Notes: generated by a model not told the origin, from the sequence alone. A DNA stretch of 64,000 nt from an uncultured Bacteroidales bacterium (GCA_947625885.1 CANQQA010000007.1:26555-90554), one strand, 5' to 3'. Shown: positions 1 through 11,006, numbered from the stretch's first letter. Program-made: numbers and translations.

Positions 1-879
1 GCCGGATACGATGTCGTATATTTGGGCGGCGGCGCCAGCCTGCAATTCTGCATGGTACCGTATAACCTGTTGAAAAAGAAAGCAGCTTATCTCGAAACCG
101 GCACATGGGCAGTAAATGCCATAAAAGAAGCCAAACTGTTCGGTGAAGTCGATGTAGTGGCTTCCTCCAAAGATGCCAACTTCACTTTCATACCCAAAGG
201 TTACACCGTACCCGACGATGCCGATTATTTCCATATCACCACGAACAATACCATTTTCGGAACGGAAATGCGTTACGACCCCGACGTGAAAGTGCCTTTG
301 GTAGCCGATATGTCGTCCGATATCTTCTCCCGCCCCATCGACGTGTCGAAATACGACATCATCTATGCCGGTGCACAGAAAAACCTCGCACCTGCCGGCG
401 TAACCATCGCCATCGTGCGCGAAGATGCGCTGGGTAAGGTGGAACGCGCCATACCCACGATGCTCGACTACCGCACGCACATCAAGAAAGGCTCGATGTT
501 TAACACGCCTCCCTGTCTGCCGGTATTCGCCGCATTGCAGACCCTCAGATACTACAAAGAGTTGGGCGGCGTGAAAGTGCTCGAAAAGATGAACCTTGAA
601 AAGGCTGCTATCCTCTACGACGAAATCGACCGCAACAAACTGTTCAGAGGCACGGTCGTACCCGAAGACCGCTCTATCATGAACGTATGTTTCGTGATGA
701 ACGACGAGTACAAAGAGCTGGAAGAAGAATTTGCCCAATTCGCTTCGAGCAAGGGAATGGTGGGCATCAAGGGACACCGCTCGGTGGGCGGATTCCGCGC
801 TTCGCTCTACAACGCCATGCCCAAGTCGAGCGTAGAGGCTCTCATCGCCACCATGCAGGAATTTGAGAAAAACCATTAA
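1..879 (+). CDS. serC: phosphoserine aminotransferase (5'-truncated by window edge)
   Basis: [21 protein letters not shown] (PLP lysine), [15 protein letters not shown] motifs; frame open from base 1. Confidence 0.96.
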   Translation, partial: AGYDVVYLGGGASLQFCMVPYNLLKKKAAYLETGTWAVNAIKEAKLFGEVDVVASSKDANFTFIPKGYTVPDDADYFHITTNNTIFGTEMRYDPDVKVPLVADMSSDIFSRPIDVSKYDIIYAGAQKNLAPAGVTIAIVREDALGKVERAIPTMLDYRTHIKKGSMFNTPPCLPVFAALQTLRYYKELGGVKVLEKMNLEKAAILYDEIDRNKLFRGTVVPEDRSIMNVCFVMNDEYKELEEEFAQFASSKGMVGIKGHRSVGGFRASLYNAMPKSSVEALIATMQEFEKNH

Positions 880-894
880 TAGAGACAAACCGTC

Positions 895-1815
895 ATGAAA
901 ATATTAGTTGCTACCGACAAGCCTTTTGCAGCCGTTGCCGTAGAAGGTATCCGTAAAGAGATAGAAGCCGCCGGAATGGAGCTGGTACTGCTCGAAAAAT
1001 ACGGAGAAAAAGCCAAATTGATAGACGCCGTGAAAGATGTTGAAGGTCTGATCGTGCGCAGCGACATCATCGACGCCGAAGTGTTCGACGCCGCCAAGAA
1101 GCTGAAAATCGTCGTTCGCGCCGGCGCCGGTTACGACAACATCGACCTTGCTGCCGCTACGGCACACAACGTGTGCGTCATGAACACGCCCGGACAAAAC
1201 TCCAACGCCGTTGCCGAATTGGTATTCGGCATGACGGTGATGATTGTGCGCAATCTCTACAACGGTACGTCGGGCACCGAGCTGAAAGGCAAAAAACTCG
1301 GTATCCACGCTTTCGGGCAGGTGGGACGCAACGTCGCCCGCATTGCCAAAGGATTCGGCATGGAGGTCTGTGCATACGACCCCTACTGTCCGGCAAACGT
1401 CATCGCCGAAGCCGGCGTAACGCCCGTAAGCGACATCAACGAAATGTACAAGACCTGTCAATTCGTGTCGCTGCACATTCCAGCCACCGATGAAACGAAA
1501 AAATCCATCAACTACAACCTGCTGAAACAGATGCCCAAAGGTGCCGTGCTGATAAACACCGCGCGCAAAGAAGTCATCGACGAAGAGGAATTGGTAAAAT
1601 TGATGGAAGAGCGTGCCGACTTCCGCTACGTGTCTGACATCGCCCCGTCGAACGCACCGGTATTTGCCGAAAAATTCGAGGGTCGCTACTTTTTCACCCC
1701 GAAGAAAATGGGCGCACAAACGGCAGAAGCCAACATCAATGCCGGCATCGCCGCCGCCAAACAATCGGTCGGATTCCTGAAAGACGGCATCGACCGATTC
1801 AGAGTGAACAAATAA
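895..1815 (+). CDS. serA: D-3-phosphoglycerate dehydrogenase (short form)
   Basis: RAGAGYDNID, NTPGQNSNAVAE, INTAR motifs; follows serC. Confidence 0.9.
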   Translation: MKILVATDKPFAAVAVEGIRKEIEAAGMELVLLEKYGEKAKLIDAVKDVEGLIVRSDIIDAEVFDAAKKLKIVVRAGAGYDNIDLAAATAHNVCVMNTPGQNSNAVAELVFGMTVMIVRNLYNGTSGTELKGKKLGIHAFGQVGRNVARIAKGFGMEVCAYDPYCPANVIAEAGVTPVSDINEMYKTCQFVSLHIPATDETKKSINYNLLKQMPKGAVLINTARKEVIDEEELVKLMEERADFRYVSDIAPSNAPVFAEKFEGRYFFTPKKMGAQTAEANINAGIAAAKQSVGFLKDGIDRFRVNK

Positions 1816-1896
1816 TCAATACAATTCTCAGGCAAAAGTGGGTCGCGCTATTCGTTACGATAATAGCGTGCCCTCTTTGTCGTTAAAAACGCAACC

Positions 1897-3141
1897 ATGG
1901 CAAAAATAAAACCTTTCAAAGGCATCAGACCTCCCCGCGAACTGGTCGAAGAAGTGGCATCGCGCCCCTATGACGTATTGAACTCGGAAGAAGCCCGCGC
2001 CGAAGCCGCCGGCAACGAAAAATCGCTTTATCACATCATCAAACCCGAAATAAACTTCGCTCCGGGCACCGACGAACACGCTCCCGAAGTCTATGACAAA
2101 GCGGTGGAACAATTCAACCTTTTCCAAGAAAAAGGGTGGCTGCGGCAAGACGAAAGCGAACGGTACTACATCTACGCCCAGACGATGAACGGGCATACGC
2201 AGTACGGTCTTGTGGTATGCGCCAACGTAGACGACTACCTGAACGGCGTCATCAAGAAACACGAACTGACCCGCCGCGACAAAGAGGAAGACCGCATGAA
2301 GCACGTGCGCATCAACAACGCCAACATCGAACCGGTATTTTTCGCCTACCCCGATAACAAAGAGCTGAACGACATCGTTGCCGGCATCGTCAAGGGCGAG
2401 CCGGAATACGACTTCACCGCTCCCGACGGATTCGGACACCACTTCTGGATTATCGACAACCCCGCCACGATACGGCGCATCACCGAGTTGTTTGCCGCCA
2501 TTCCCTACCTGTACATCGCCGACGGACACCACCGTACTGCTGCCGCCGCACTGGTAGGAGCGGAAAAGGCAAAACAGAATCCGCACCACAAAGGCGACGA
2601 AGAATACAACTATTTCTTAGCCGTGTGCTTCCCCGCTTCGCAACTGCACATCATCGACTACAACCGCGTGGTAAAAGACCTGAACGGTCTGAGCGACGAA
2701 GCCTTCCTGCAAAAGCTCGCTGCCAACTTCATCGTGGAAAAGAAAGGGAAAGAGATATACCGCCCGACGGCACTGCACAACTTCTCGCTCTACCTGAGCG
2801 GCGAATGGTACTCGCTCACCGCCAAAGAAGGCACTTACGACAACAGCGACCCCATCGGCGTGCTCGACGTTACCATATCGTCCGACCTGATACTGCGCGA
2901 CATTCTGGGAATCACCGACCTGCGCTCGGACAAGCGTATCGACTTCGTCGGCGGCATCAGAGGTCTCGGCGAATTGAAGCGCAGAGTCGATAGCGGCGAA
3001 ATGCGGGTGGCTCTTGCCCTCTACCCCGTGTCGATGAAACAACTCATGGACATCGCCGACACAGGCAACATCATGCCGCCAAAGACGACATGGTTCGAGC
3101 CTAAACTGCGCTCCGGACTGGTAATACACAAACTTTCATAG
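1897..3141 (+). CDS. DUF1015 family protein
   Basis: PYDV, IKKHELT, YIADGHHR, MPPKTTWFEPKLRSGL; usual serC-serA-DUF1015 operon. Confidence 0.92.
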   Translation: MAKIKPFKGIRPPRELVEEVASRPYDVLNSEEARAEAAGNEKSLYHIIKPEINFAPGTDEHAPEVYDKAVEQFNLFQEKGWLRQDESERYYIYAQTMNGHTQYGLVVCANVDDYLNGVIKKHELTRRDKEEDRMKHVRINNANIEPVFFAYPDNKELNDIVAGIVKGEPEYDFTAPDGFGHHFWIIDNPATIRRITELFAAIPYLYIADGHHRTAAAALVGAEKAKQNPHHKGDEEYNYFLAVCFPASQLHIIDYNRVVKDLNGLSDEAFLQKLAANFIVEKKGKEIYRPTALHNFSLYLSGEWYSLTAKEGTYDNSDPIGVLDVTISSDLILRDILGITDLRSDKRIDFVGGIRGLGELKRRVDSGEMRVALALYPVSMKQLMDIADTGNIMPPKTTWFEPKLRSGLVIHKLS

Positions 3142-3170
3142 ACCTGACAGGTTACAAAAAACAAATAAAT

Positions 3171-3914
3171 ATGAAACAGTCCTTTTCACTTTCGGCTTTT
3201 GTCATTGTTGCATTGCTTTCGTTCAACAGCTGCTTGGGCGACAAAGGCAACATAACTATTTCGTATGGAACGGGAACGATACTCTGCGACACGCTGAGCA
3301 ACACCCCTTACATACGGTTGGACGATATCGGACTCTGCCTTACCGGCAACGGTGTCCCCACGCTCTCCGACAGCATTGCCAGAGCCATGGTAAATTATAC
3401 GGTCGATTGGGACAATCAGTCGGCAACGGCACAAGCTACCGGTATTTTTGAAGCCTCCCTTTCCAATCTATCGACTTGGGGCATCAATAAAATCAGCTCC
3501 ATGCCGTCAGATTTTTCTTTTATCAAAACCGACACGATGCAAGGCATCGCCCGACCGTTTATCACGTACAAGACCCCGCTTTCGCCGAATATGCTGACGA
3601 TGAATGTACGCCTATTCAATTCAACCTCATCGCTGGAATTGATACAAAAAAATCGCCCTGCCGACGATTACTACATCGGTCAGACGAATGATACGCTTAT
3701 CATTTCCTACACCACCGAAGAGGTAACGACCGAAAAACGCGACAGCTGGTATACTTTCGAACTTCCGGACTACCCGTCGAATATTTCACGCATCATTTTG
3801 ATTTTCAAAGGAATAAATATCTCCGGATTCACTCCTGTCCCCAATCACGATGAAGCATTCGGCGGATATACTTATACGTTATCGACGAGCTTCAAAAACG
3901 AACAACAGCAATAA
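3171..3914 (+). CDS. hypothetical lipoprotein (possibly NigD-like)
   Basis: Signal peptide with lipobox SFNS-C; 247 aa; family assignment weak. Confidence 0.7.
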   Translation: MKQSFSLSAFVIVALLSFNSCLGDKGNITISYGTGTILCDTLSNTPYIRLDDIGLCLTGNGVPTLSDSIARAMVNYTVDWDNQSATAQATGIFEASLSNLSTWGINKISSMPSDFSFIKTDTMQGIARPFITYKTPLSPNMLTMNVRLFNSTSSLELIQKNRPADDYYIGQTNDTLIISYTTEEVTTEKRDSWYTFELPDYPSNISRIILIFKGINISGFTPVPNHDEAFGGYTYTLSTSFKNEQQQ

Positions 3915-3933
3915 ACCGACCTTTCCACAATGC

Positions 3934-3974
3934 AAAGCTGGGTACGAATCAAAAGATTCGTACCCAGCTTTTTT
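3934..3974. terminator. bidirectional intrinsic terminator
   Basis: AAAGCTGGGTACGAATC-AAAA-GATTCGTACCCAGCTTT plus T tract, between convergent genes. Confidence 0.88.
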
Positions 3975-3989
3975 CTTTCCATATCCGTT

Positions 3990-5225
3990 TTATTCCCCTT
4001 CACGAGAAAAGCGGTCGGATTGCAGATATTTTACCGGAAACCACGACGCAAGCAAGCCCATCAATACGACAACAACCAGCACCACAAGGGCATCGCTCCA
4101 ATAAAAACGCACCGGATAGGCATCGACGATAAAGGCTCCGGCATCGCCCATACGCAACCACCCGAACACCTCCTGCAAGCGGCATAACACGATGCCCGCC
4201 AACAGTCCGCCGCCTGCCCCGATTGCCGATATAAGCCAGCCTTCGGTAAGAAATATACGGGATATCAGCGTATCGTCCGCACCCAAATTACGCAAGGTGC
4301 GTATATTTTCCCGTTTGTCGATAATCAGCATCGAAAGCGAGCCGATGACGTTGAACGTGGCTATCATCAATATAAAAATCAATATCAGAAAAGTAATCCA
4401 CTTTTCTATCTGCATCATATTGAATGTCGTCGCCTGTTGTTGCAGACGGCTCAGCACGCGATACCCGCCGCCCAAACGCTGTTGCAGGCGTGCAATTGTC
4501 GCCGCTTCATCGGCATCGTCCTGCAAGCGCAATTCCAAAGCTGTGGCTTCGGTCGTATAGTCATAGAGCCGACGCACCAACGCCAGCGGGGCAATGACCC
4601 ACGATTCATCGTATTCCTGCTGCTCGACGGCAAATATTGCCGACACATAGCTGTTTTCTTCCCGAAACGAGGTCGAGGGATTGGCAAGATTCACTCGGAC
4701 TTTGCGGCGCGGAGCATACAGGCGCAGCGGACGAGAAAAGAATGTTCCCGTTTCGAGATGAGAAGCTACACCGGCTCCCAATGCCACCCAATTTTCAAGC
4801 GTATCGGTCAGGATAAACTCTCCATCGAGAAGTATGTCATCGACGTCACCATGAACCGCTTTGAAATTTTCGCCAACCCCTTTGAGGTGTACGGGCATCT
4901 GGTTTTTGCCGAAAACAGCCAGCGCATTTTCTTCGACAACGGGCATGATTTCGACAATTTCGTTCCAACGGTACAAGTCGGTTATTTCCTCCGCCTCCGT
5001 GTCGAGCGTTTTCCCCGACACGGGAAGTATCTTTACCTGCGGGTCGAGACGCGAGCACAACGAGCCTATCAGCTCCTGAAAACCGTTATATACCGACAAC
5101 GTGCAGATAATAGCCATCGTCGTTACCGCCATACCCAGCACCGAAATGACCGATATGAACGTAATGGCGCTATGCGATTTCGGAGAGAAAAGGTAACGCA
5201 AGGCTATTTTCAACGAAAGCGGCAT
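3990..5225 (-). CDS. LolC/E (FtsX-like) ABC permease, lipoprotein release
   Basis: IALRYLFS N-terminus, TLSVYNGF, LRNLGA..IFLTEG, AYPV motifs. Confidence 0.88.
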   Translation of the reverse strand: MPLSLKIALRYLFSPKSHSAITFISVISVLGMAVTTMAIICTLSVYNGFQELIGSLCSRLDPQVKILPVSGKTLDTEAEEITDLYRWNEIVEIMPVVEENALAVFGKNQMPVHLKGVGENFKAVHGDVDDILLDGEFILTDTLENWVALGAGVASHLETGTFFSRPLRLYAPRRKVRVNLANPSTSFREENSYVSAIFAVEQQEYDESWVIAPLALVRRLYDYTTEATALELRLQDDADEAATIARLQQRLGGGYRVLSRLQQQATTFNMMQIEKWITFLILIFILMIATFNVIGSLSMLIIDKRENIRTLRNLGADDTLISRIFLTEGWLISAIGAGGGLLAGIVLCRLQEVFGWLRMGDAGAFIVDAYPVRFYWSDALVVLVVVVLMGLLASWFPVKYLQSDRFSREGE

Positions 5226-5232
5226 ATCCGGC

Positions 5233-5568
5233 TTATTTGTTCAACAGGGCATCTATGTTTTCTATATAATCGAGCGAATCGTCGATGAAAAACAGCAACT
5301 CCGGCGTCTTTCGCAGCTGGAAGCGTATGCGACCGGCAAGGGCGTAGCGTATCGTTTTGGCGTTGGCGCGCACCGACTCCAATATCTCGGCAGCCTTTTC
5401 CGACGGAAAAATGCTCAAATAGGCTTTGGCTATGCTCAAATCGGGACTTACCCGCACCACGCTCACCGATACCAACGTACCGTGCATTTTGCGGGTTTCC
5501 GTCAAGAAAATCTCGCTCAACTCTTTCTGTATGAGGCGGCTTATTTTGTTTTGTCTGGTTGTCTCCAT
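5233..5568 (-). CDS. rbfA: ribosome-binding factor A
   Basis: RQNKISRLIQKELSEIF, VRVSPDLSIAKAYLS, LRKTPELLFFIDDS. Confidence 0.96.
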   Translation of the reverse strand: METTRQNKISRLIQKELSEIFLTETRKMHGTLVSVSVVRVSPDLSIAKAYLSIFPSEKAAEILESVRANAKTIRYALAGRIRFQLRKTPELLFFIDDSLDYIENIDALLNK

Positions 5569-5637
5569 AACGGTGCGTATTAGAGAATTTGTCTAAGATA
5601 ATCCTTTTTCCGGAAATCGGAAAACAATTTCGCCGAA

Positions 5638-6261
5638 TTATTTTTTCCAAATAACGGTAAGTCCGTCACGCAAAGGCAGAATCACTTTTTCCACCCGCAT
5701 ATCGGTTGCGATTTTATCGTTGAAAGCCTTGACGGCTTCGGTCTGCGTATCGTGCGAATATCCGTCATATACCTTGCTGTCCCACAGGGTATTGTCGGCA
5801 AGTATCACGCCACCGGCGACCACACGGTCGAAAACCATGTCGTAATAATCGCAGTAACGACGTTTGTCGGCGTCGATAAACACCATATCGAACGTACCGC
5901 CGAGCTGCGGCACGACCGCCAACGCATCACCGATATGCAACTGTATGCGCGCGGCTGCCGGCGATTGCGCGAGATACTTGCGCGTGAACTCTTCTATTTC
6001 GTCGTCTATCTCCACCGTATGCAACTCGGCATCGGCGGGCATACCTTCGGCGAGACAAAGGGTGGAATATCCGGTAAAAGTTCCTATTTCCAAAATGCGC
6101 TTCGGGCGCTGCATTCGGCAAAACATTTTAAGAATGCGACCCTGCAAGTGTCCCGACATCATGCGCGGACGCAGTGTGTGAACATGGGTGTCGCGGCTGA
6201 GCTGCGCCAACAACTCTCCCTCCGCGTCGATATGCGAAAGAATGTATTCGTCAAGCTCCAT
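5638..6261 (-). CDS. SAM-dependent O-methyltransferase
   Basis: ILEIGTFTGYS, VFIDADK, ADNTLW, LPLRDGL. Confidence 0.92.
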   Translation of the reverse strand: MELDEYILSHIDAEGELLAQLSRDTHVHTLRPRMMSGHLQGRILKMFCRMQRPKRILEIGTFTGYSTLCLAEGMPADAELHTVEIDDEIEEFTRKYLAQSPAAARIQLHIGDALAVVPQLGGTFDMVFIDADKRRYCDYYDMVFDRVVAGGVILADNTLWDSKVYDGYSHDTQTEAVKAFNDKIATDMRVEKVILPLRDGLTVIWKK

Positions 6262-6262
6262 A

Positions 6263-7729
6263 TCAATGCACCTCGTCGAGATTGGGCAGTACGTAACGGT
6301 CGTAATCTTTCAATATAATTCCGGCTTTGTTGATTTCGAGGAACGTGCTTCCGCTGTCTTCGCCGAATGCTCCGCCGATGTAGGCTATCAGGTCTTCTTC
6401 CTTGATAATGCCTGCACCGATAAGTGCGGAGAGTCCGTGATAGAGATACTTGCGCGAGGTTGCCGCCTCCGGCTGGTAGAGAGCAATGACACCGTAAGAG
6501 AGCGCCAACTCGCGCATAGTGCGCTCGCTGTAACAGATTGCAAGAACGGGGTCTTTTCCGCGATATGCCGCCAGATTGCGTGCCGTACGCCCCGTATAAC
6601 CGTCGGTAACGATGGCTTTCACACCCAACTTGTCGGACGAATCGACTGCCGACTTCGCCAAAAAAGAGGTGGCATCGAAAACTTCGCCTTCGATATTCAC
6701 CTGTATATCGTTGTCCGAAAGTTTTGTTTCCTCTGCCTCCTTGGCAATACGCGACATCGTGGCTATCGCCTCGACGGGATATTGTCCGTAAGCAGTTTCA
6801 CCGCTCAACATCAGCGCGTCGGTACGGTAGTATATGGCATTTGCCACATCGGTTACCTCGGCACGGGTGGGGCGGGGATTTTTTATCATCGAGTGAAGCA
6901 TCTGCGTAGCGACGATAACCGGCTTCTTCGCCTGCACGCATTTCTTTATCAGGCGGCGCTGTATGCCGGGAATCTTCTCCTGCGCCACCTCGATGCCGAG
7001 GTCGCCGCGCGCCACCATGACGCCATAAGCCACTTCGAGTATTTCGTCAATGTTATCGACGCCCTCCTGATTCTCGATTTTGGCGATAATTTTTATCTTG
7101 CTGTTGTGGGCGTCGAGTATCTCCTGTATCGCCAGCACGTCTTGTTTGCTGCGCACGAAAGAGTGGGCGATGAAATCAATATTTTTGTCAATGGCATACA
7201 AAATGTTCCGGCGGTCTTTCTCGGTAAGAGCAGGCAAATTTATGCGCACGCCCGGCACATTCACGCTCTTGCGCGAACCGAGTTCGCCGGCATTCTGCGC
7301 CACGCACAGCAGATAATCGTCGTGCTTCTCCAATACGCGGAACTCCAATTCGCCGTCGTCAATCAGCACGATGCTGCCCACCGAAAGGTCTTTGGCAAAA
7401 TCGACATACGACACGTTGATTTGCTGCTGTGTGGTATAGGCGTCGGGGCAGCCTTTCATGCGCACGATGTCGCCGGCGGTAAACGTTATGTTCACATCGT
7501 TCTCGATGAACGTGGTGCGCACCTCCGGTCCTTTGGTGTCCAAAAGTATGGCGATAGTGTCGGAAACCGCACGCACGTTGCTGATGATGCGGTCGAAGCC
7601 TTCGTTGTTGAGGTGCGCCGAATTCATGCGCACGACATTCATTCCGTTCTCGAAAAGGGCGCGGACAAAATCGACTTCACAACGTTTGTCCGATACGGTG
7701 GCTACTATTTTTGTTTGTTTCGATACCAT
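6263..7729 (-). CDS. pyk: pyruvate kinase
   Basis: TKIVAT, LDTKGPEVRT, KIENQEG, MVARGDLG, ATQML, MLSGETA. Confidence 0.97.
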   Translation of the reverse strand: MVSKQTKIVATVSDKRCEVDFVRALFENGMNVVRMNSAHLNNEGFDRIISNVRAVSDTIAILLDTKGPEVRTTFIENDVNITFTAGDIVRMKGCPDAYTTQQQINVSYVDFAKDLSVGSIVLIDDGELEFRVLEKHDDYLLCVAQNAGELGSRKSVNVPGVRINLPALTEKDRRNILYAIDKNIDFIAHSFVRSKQDVLAIQEILDAHNSKIKIIAKIENQEGVDNIDEILEVAYGVMVARGDLGIEVAQEKIPGIQRRLIKKCVQAKKPVIVATQMLHSMIKNPRPTRAEVTDVANAIYYRTDALMLSGETAYGQYPVEAIATMSRIAKEAEETKLSDNDIQVNIEGEVFDATSFLAKSAVDSSDKLGVKAIVTDGYTGRTARNLAAYRGKDPVLAICYSERTMRELALSYGVIALYQPEAATSRKYLYHGLSALIGAGIIKEEDLIAYIGGAFGEDSGSTFLEINKAGIILKDYDRYVLPNLDEVH

Positions 7730-7733
7730 AATT

Positions 7734-8162
7734 TTACCGATTAGTGTTTTCTATAAGAGCTTCCACCGCCAAACGATAGGAATCGAGTCCGAATCCGATA
7801 ATCGAGCCGCGGCACGCCGCTGCTATTTTCGAGGTATGCCGATACTCTTCCCGCGCATGGATATTGGAGATGTGCACCTCCACCACCGGTGCGGTAACCG
7901 CCCGTATGGCATCGGAGAGCGCAATGGAGGTGTGCGTATAGGCTCCGGCGTTGAGTACGATTCCCACCGGCAAAAACCCTTGCTCGTGAATTTTGTTTAT
8001 CAACTCGCCTTCGATATTCGATTGATAATAATGAATCGTATGCTGCGGATAACGACCGCGCAACGTTTCCAGATAGCTCTCGAACGAGGCATCTCCATAC
8101 ACGCTTTTTTCACGCTTGCCCAACAAGTTGAGATTGGGTCCGTTGATAATCCATATATCCAT
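7734..8162 (-). CDS. aroQ: type II 3-dehydroquinate dehydratase
   Basis: NGPNLNLLGKRE..YG, NAGAYTHTS, EVHISN; start placed at ATG 8162. Confidence 0.95.
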   Translation of the reverse strand: MDIWIINGPNLNLLGKREKSVYGDASFESYLETLRGRYPQHTIHYYQSNIEGELINKIHEQGFLPVGIVLNAGAYTHTSIALSDAIRAVTAPVVEVHISNIHAREEYRHTSKIAAACRGSIIGFGLDSYRLAVEALIENTNR

Positions 8163-8284
8163 AAACCGAAAGATTTTATATCTTTGTACCGAATTGAAAA
8201 CATTTTCCGGAAAAGGGAAAAAGCATTCCGCCGGAAATTTTCGACAAAAGTACAAAATATTGTGGAATATTTCACCATCGGCGC

Positions 8285-9193
8285 ATGATTGTTGGTAAAT
8301 CGGGACTGCTAAAATCTTTTTCCCAATATCTGAAACTCGAAAAAGGTATGTCGGCAAACACGCTCGACGGCTATTTGCACGACGTACTCAAACTTTTTCA
8401 ATACCTCACACCGGAGGGTGAACCTACCGCCGAGCAGCTTGCCGAAGCCGACATCACGAATTTCATTTGCCAACTGCAAGATATGGGTATACAGCCCCGC
8501 TCGCAAGCCCGCATTCTCTCGGGATTGAAATCTTTCTATACATTTCTGCGCTTGGAGGGGTATATCGAAAACGACCCGATGGAGCTTGTCGAGGGTCCGA
8601 AGCTCGGACGAAAACTGCCTGAAATACTGACCATCGAAGAGATAGACCGGATACTCGGCTCGTTCGATATGTCACTGCCCGAAAGCCAGCGCAACAAAGC
8701 CATTATCGAGACGATGTACAGCTGCGGGCTGCGGGTGTCGGAGCTGGTGGGGCTGCGCATCTCGCAGATTTACCCGCAAGACGAATACATCATCGTCGAA
8801 GGGAAAGGGAGCAAGCAGCGGCTCGTCCCCATATCGCCGTCGGCACTCCACGAAATAAGCCTCTACCGGCAAGACCGCGCCCATATCACCCCGAAAAAAG
8901 GCGATGAAGACATACTTTTTCTCAACCGTCGCGGCGGTCGGCTGAGTCGGGTTATGATATTCTATATCATCAAAGAGCGGTGCGAGGCGTGCGGCATACA
9001 AAAAAACATCAGTCCGCACACGCTGCGCCACAGCTTCGCCACCCACCTGCTCGAAGGGGGCGCCAACCTGCGGGCGATACAACAGATGCTAGGGCACGAA
9101 AGCATTACCACCACCGAGATATATGTACATCTCGACAAAGAATATCTCCGAAACGAAATTCTCACCCACCACCCGCGCAACTGCAAAGGGTGA
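8285..9193 (+). CDS. xerD: XerD/XerC-type tyrosine recombinase
   Basis: GLRVSEL, GKGSKQR, HTLRHSFATHLLEGGA, LGHESITTTEIY. Confidence 0.9.
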   Translation: MIVGKSGLLKSFSQYLKLEKGMSANTLDGYLHDVLKLFQYLTPEGEPTAEQLAEADITNFICQLQDMGIQPRSQARILSGLKSFYTFLRLEGYIENDPMELVEGPKLGRKLPEILTIEEIDRILGSFDMSLPESQRNKAIIETMYSCGLRVSELVGLRISQIYPQDEYIIVEGKGSKQRLVPISPSALHEISLYRQDRAHITPKKGDEDILFLNRRGGRLSRVMIFYIIKERCEACGIQKNISPHTLRHSFATHLLEGGANLRAIQQMLGHESITTTEIYVHLDKEYLRNEILTHHPRNCKG

Positions 9194-9246
9194 AACAAGG
9201 GCGACTTTTTTCGATGAATCCGCGTTTTTTTTGAATCGGAAACAGC

Positions 9247-10020
9247 TTATTTTTCTTCGTGAATATCCGGACGGACAGAGATGCCGGCAGGCACGTTCGG
9301 AATCTTGAACAAGCGTTGTATGTGTCCGCTCGCTATCATTTCTCCGACGGGAAGATGACAGATTTTGCCGTCGTCGATGAGGGCGATGCCGTCGCACGTC
9401 TGAATGGCAACATCGAGTTCGTGGGTGGAAAAGAGAATGCATTTGCCTTCATCGTGCGCCAGCCGAGCCAGCAGGGCGCAAAGTTCGTAACGGTTCGGCA
9501 GGTCGAGAAACGAGGTCGGCTCGTCGAGCAGGATAACCGGCGTCTGCTGCGCCAGCGCGCGGGCAATCATGATGCGCTGGCACTCGCCGTCGCTCATCGT
9601 ATCCATCGTGCGGCGGGCATACTGTTCCATACCCACCGACACCAATGCATTCCACACAATCTCGCGATCGACGGCTTGCAGGCTGCCTATCCAGTTGGTA
9701 TAGGGAGCACGCCCGAGCGACACGACATCTTCGCAACGGAGGCTGGGAATGCGCGTGCGTTCGGTCGTTACGAATGCCAACACCTTCGCCGACTCCTGCG
9801 GCGACAAATCTCGCACCCGCTTTCCCTCCAAAAACAGATTGCCGGAATAGCGGCGATTGAGTCCGGCAATAGCACGGAGAAGGGTCGATTTGCCCGTACC
9901 GTTGCGCCCTATCAGCGCCGTAAGCCGACCGCCGGCAAACGCTGCCTCTGCATGGTCGAGCAGCAGGCGCGAACCGTATCCGATAGAAAAATCGTCGAGC
10001 TGTATCATACGGGAAATCAT
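9247..10020 (-). CDS. ABC transporter ATPase, iron/cobalamin family
   Basis: Walker A GRNGTGKST, MSDGECQR, LLDEPT; ATGA overlap with permease stop (alternative start 10008). Confidence 0.9.
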   Translation of the reverse strand: MISRMIQLDDFSIGYGSRLLLDHAEAAFAGGRLTALIGRNGTGKSTLLRAIAGLNRRYSGNLFLEGKRVRDLSPQESAKVLAFVTTERTRIPSLRCEDVVSLGRAPYTNWIGSLQAVDREIVWNALVSVGMEQYARRTMDTMSDGECQRIMIARALAQQTPVILLDEPTSFLDLPNRYELCALLARLAHDEGKCILFSTHELDVAIQTCDGIALIDDGKICHLPVGEMIASGHIQRLFKIPNVPAGISVRPDIHEEK

Positions 10021-11006
10021 TTGTGGCGCAGCACCACCCACACCACGACGGGTATGCCCAACAGGGAGGTGATGGCGTTTACCGGTAAAACAAATATTTT
10101 GGAAACGATGTCGCACAAAAGCAGCACGGAAGCGCCCGTGAATATCGTGCCCGGGAGAAGTATGCGGTGGTCGCTCTCGTCGAACAGCCACCTCGTAATA
10201 TGCGGCATCGCCAGCCCGATGAACCCGATAGGTCCACAAAAGGCGGTAACCGTACCGGCAAGGAAGGTAGTGGAGAGAAACAAGAGATTACGGGTGCGGC
10301 GCAGATTCAAGCCCATGGTAACGGCATATTCTTCACCGAAAAGGAGCAGGTTGAGCGGCTTTATCGTAACCACCGCCAGCAACAGTCCGACCAAAACGGC
10401 AGGTATGAGAATAGCGAGCTGCGGAGCGGTAACGTCGCCGAGCGAGCCCATCGTCCAAATGACAAAGGATTTCAATGCCTCCTCTTTGCTGAGATATTGC
10501 AGTATCTGCACGACAGCTCCCGCCCCCGACGAAAACATCATGCCGAGAATGAGAATGACCATGATGTCTTTGATGCGGCGGCTCGCCGCAACGACAATTG
10601 TCAAGACGAGCGCGGCACCCGCCCATGCCGCACCGGCAATGCCGAAAGAAAGAACAGCCGCAGGCAGCCCGAGCAGCGGCGCTCCGAGTATGAACAGCGC
10701 CACGCCGAGGCTTGCGCCCGAACTGATACCCAGCACGTAGGGACCCGCCAGCGGGTTGCGGAAAAGGGTCTGCATCTGCAATCCGCTCACCGACAACGCC
10801 GCGCCGGCAAACAACGCCACGACGGCTTTCAACAGGCGGATATTCAAAACTATTTTCGCCGTCGCCTCCGGACAGTCGCCTCCGGTCAATGCCTTCCAGA
10901 CATCGCGCAGCGGCAGGGCGACGCTCCCCACTGCCAAGTCGAACAGAAAAAGAACGATCGTCAAGGCTATCAACAGAATAAGCAGCAGGGAGGCACGTGA
11001 ACGCAT
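10017..11006 (-). CDS. FecCD/BtuC-type permease
   Basis: MQTLFRNPLAGPYVLGISSGA, GEEYAVTMG, GPIGFIGL. Confidence 0.92.
   Translation of the reverse strand: MRSRASLLLILLIALTIVLFLFDLAVGSVALPLRDVWKALTGGDCPEATAKIVLNIRLLKAVVALFAGAALSVSGLQMQTLFRNPLAGPYVLGISSGASLGVALFILGAPLLGLPAAVLSFGIAGAAWAGAALVLTIVVAASRRIKDIMVILILGMMFSSGAGAVVQILQYLSKEEALKSFVIWTMGSLGDVTAPQLAILIPAVLVGLLLAVVTIKPLNLLLFGEEYAVTMGLNLRRTRNLLFLSTTFLAGTVTAFCGPIGFIGLAMPHITRWLFDESDHRILLPGTIFTGASVLLLCDIVSKIFVLPVNAITSLLGIPVVVWVVLRHK

Noticed and set aside
1831-1881. Imperfect hairpin between serA and DUF1015
   Set aside because: No U tract and no second copy seen; probably an ordinary mRNA stability element
8285-9193. Tyrosine recombinase as an island integrase
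   Set aside because: Size, motifs and the aroQ neighbourhood fit housekeeping Xer; no att sites seen
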